This document shows, piece after piece, positions 63,231 to 64,000 of a stretch of 64,000 nucleotides of DNA (positions are counted from its first letter, which is position 1; the number at the start of each line of letters is the position of its first letter). The notes beneath the pieces are model-generated. The model was not told the DNA's origin and searched no databases. It was given only the letters and a program-made list of their open reading frames with translations. A program made the translations under genes and the position numbers. Source of the stretch: Dicyema japonicum (lineage: Eukaryota > Animalia > Dicyemida); assembly GCA_011109175.1 (NCBI GenBank), contig RDEW01000002.1, positions 1,656,111 through 1,720,110 of the forward strand. The letters run 5' to 3'.

Positions 63231-63690
63231 TTCGGAGTTACGGGTATCAGGTCGGCGCTGAGATCACCTATCCAGAATATGTGTCATCGCTCTCAAGTGG
63301 AAGCCTTTTGATCCAAGATATCCTAAGTTTTCCAACCGGACTTTCTTGGGAAAGTCTTCGACGATGCTCGTCGCGAATGGTGTGAAACTGGTTTGGATAT
63401 GCCGAACGATCCTTCGAGACAACATGACTGGGATGATATCTACTCCAAGAATATCTTCGACGTGCTAAAGTCTGAGGCCAACCAGCATCGTCTTGCATGC
63501 CTCGTGTCCGCCGCCAACCATGGGAGCTGAGCGTGGCTGGATGCACTCCCGTGTTCCTCCCTGGGGATTCTTTTGGACGATGACTGTATTCGGATTGGGA
63601 TCGCACAACGATTGGGACATGAAGTCTGCCAGAAACACAGATGCCGTTGTGGAAGAACAGCTGACACCAATGGACTGCATCCTTTGTCTA
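63230..63690 (+). mobile_element. CRE-like fragment between two RTE pieces
   Basis: AWLDALPCSSLGILLDDDCIRIGIAQRLGHEVCQKHRCRCGRTADTNGLHPLS. Confidence 0.85.
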
Positions 63691-63699
63691 GTCAGGAAT

Positions 63700-64000
63700 C
63701 ATCGTAAACAAATTAGCACACAATCACGTGTAAGACTATACAATGCCTTCGTGAAACCGGTCCTAGTGTACAACGCTGCAACCTGGGGGGTCTCACAAGC
63801 GGTAATGGACAAACTAGATGCCTTCCATCGTAAACAGCTCCGACTGTTGCTTTGCATCAACTGGCCAAAAAAATCACAAACAAGAGTCTACACAAATATG
63901 TAATACAAGACCATAGAGTCTGGATATCCTTGAATCAAGATGGCGTCTATTTAGTCACATTCTTCGGATGAGCCAGATGACGCATGCTAAAATAGCAATG
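63700..64000 (+). mobile_element. RTE-clade 3' ORF fragment, runs off the window
   Basis: RVRLYNAFVKPVLVYNAATW..LDAFHRKQLR..WPKK. Confidence 0.88.

Overview
Eukaryotic (animal) genomic DNA, roughly 38-40% GC by eye, standard genetic code. Genes are compact and broken by extremely short GT-AG introns (nearly all 20-29 nt). That architecture, plus motile-cilium genes and a lophotrochozoan-type anion-selective acetylcholine receptor, points to a dicyemid mesozoan (inference; a BLAST would settle it). Host genes reconstructed by hand: UAP56/DDX39B (runs off the left edge), nAChR alpha-type subunit, TMEM201/Ima1, Y-box cold-shock protein, CCDC191, TMC channel, glycine cleavage H, CFAP43, PI4K type II, an Ig-superfamily receptor, a ClC-3/4/5-type exchanger and an MBOAT1/2-type acyltransferase. 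There are also a WDR3/UTP12 pseudogene fragment and several orphan or fragment genes. Intergenic space is mostly decayed TEs: non-LTR elements of RTE, CRE-like and Jockey/Ingi-like type, pogo/Tigger, hAT, and a hAT MITE. The most striking unexplained signal is the palindrome CACGTG: about 49 sites counted by eye versus about 8-9 expected from base composition, in exons, introns, TEs and spacers alike. Other notable points: intron-retaining duplicated gene fragments, 92-281 bp tandem duplications, single-base frameshifts in otherwise intact genes, RFX X-boxes abutting ciliary start codons, and a three-level TE nest. I found no convincing rRNA, tRNA or CRISPR array. All counts and splice models are manual, and TE boundaries are approximate unless TIRs or TSDs are given.
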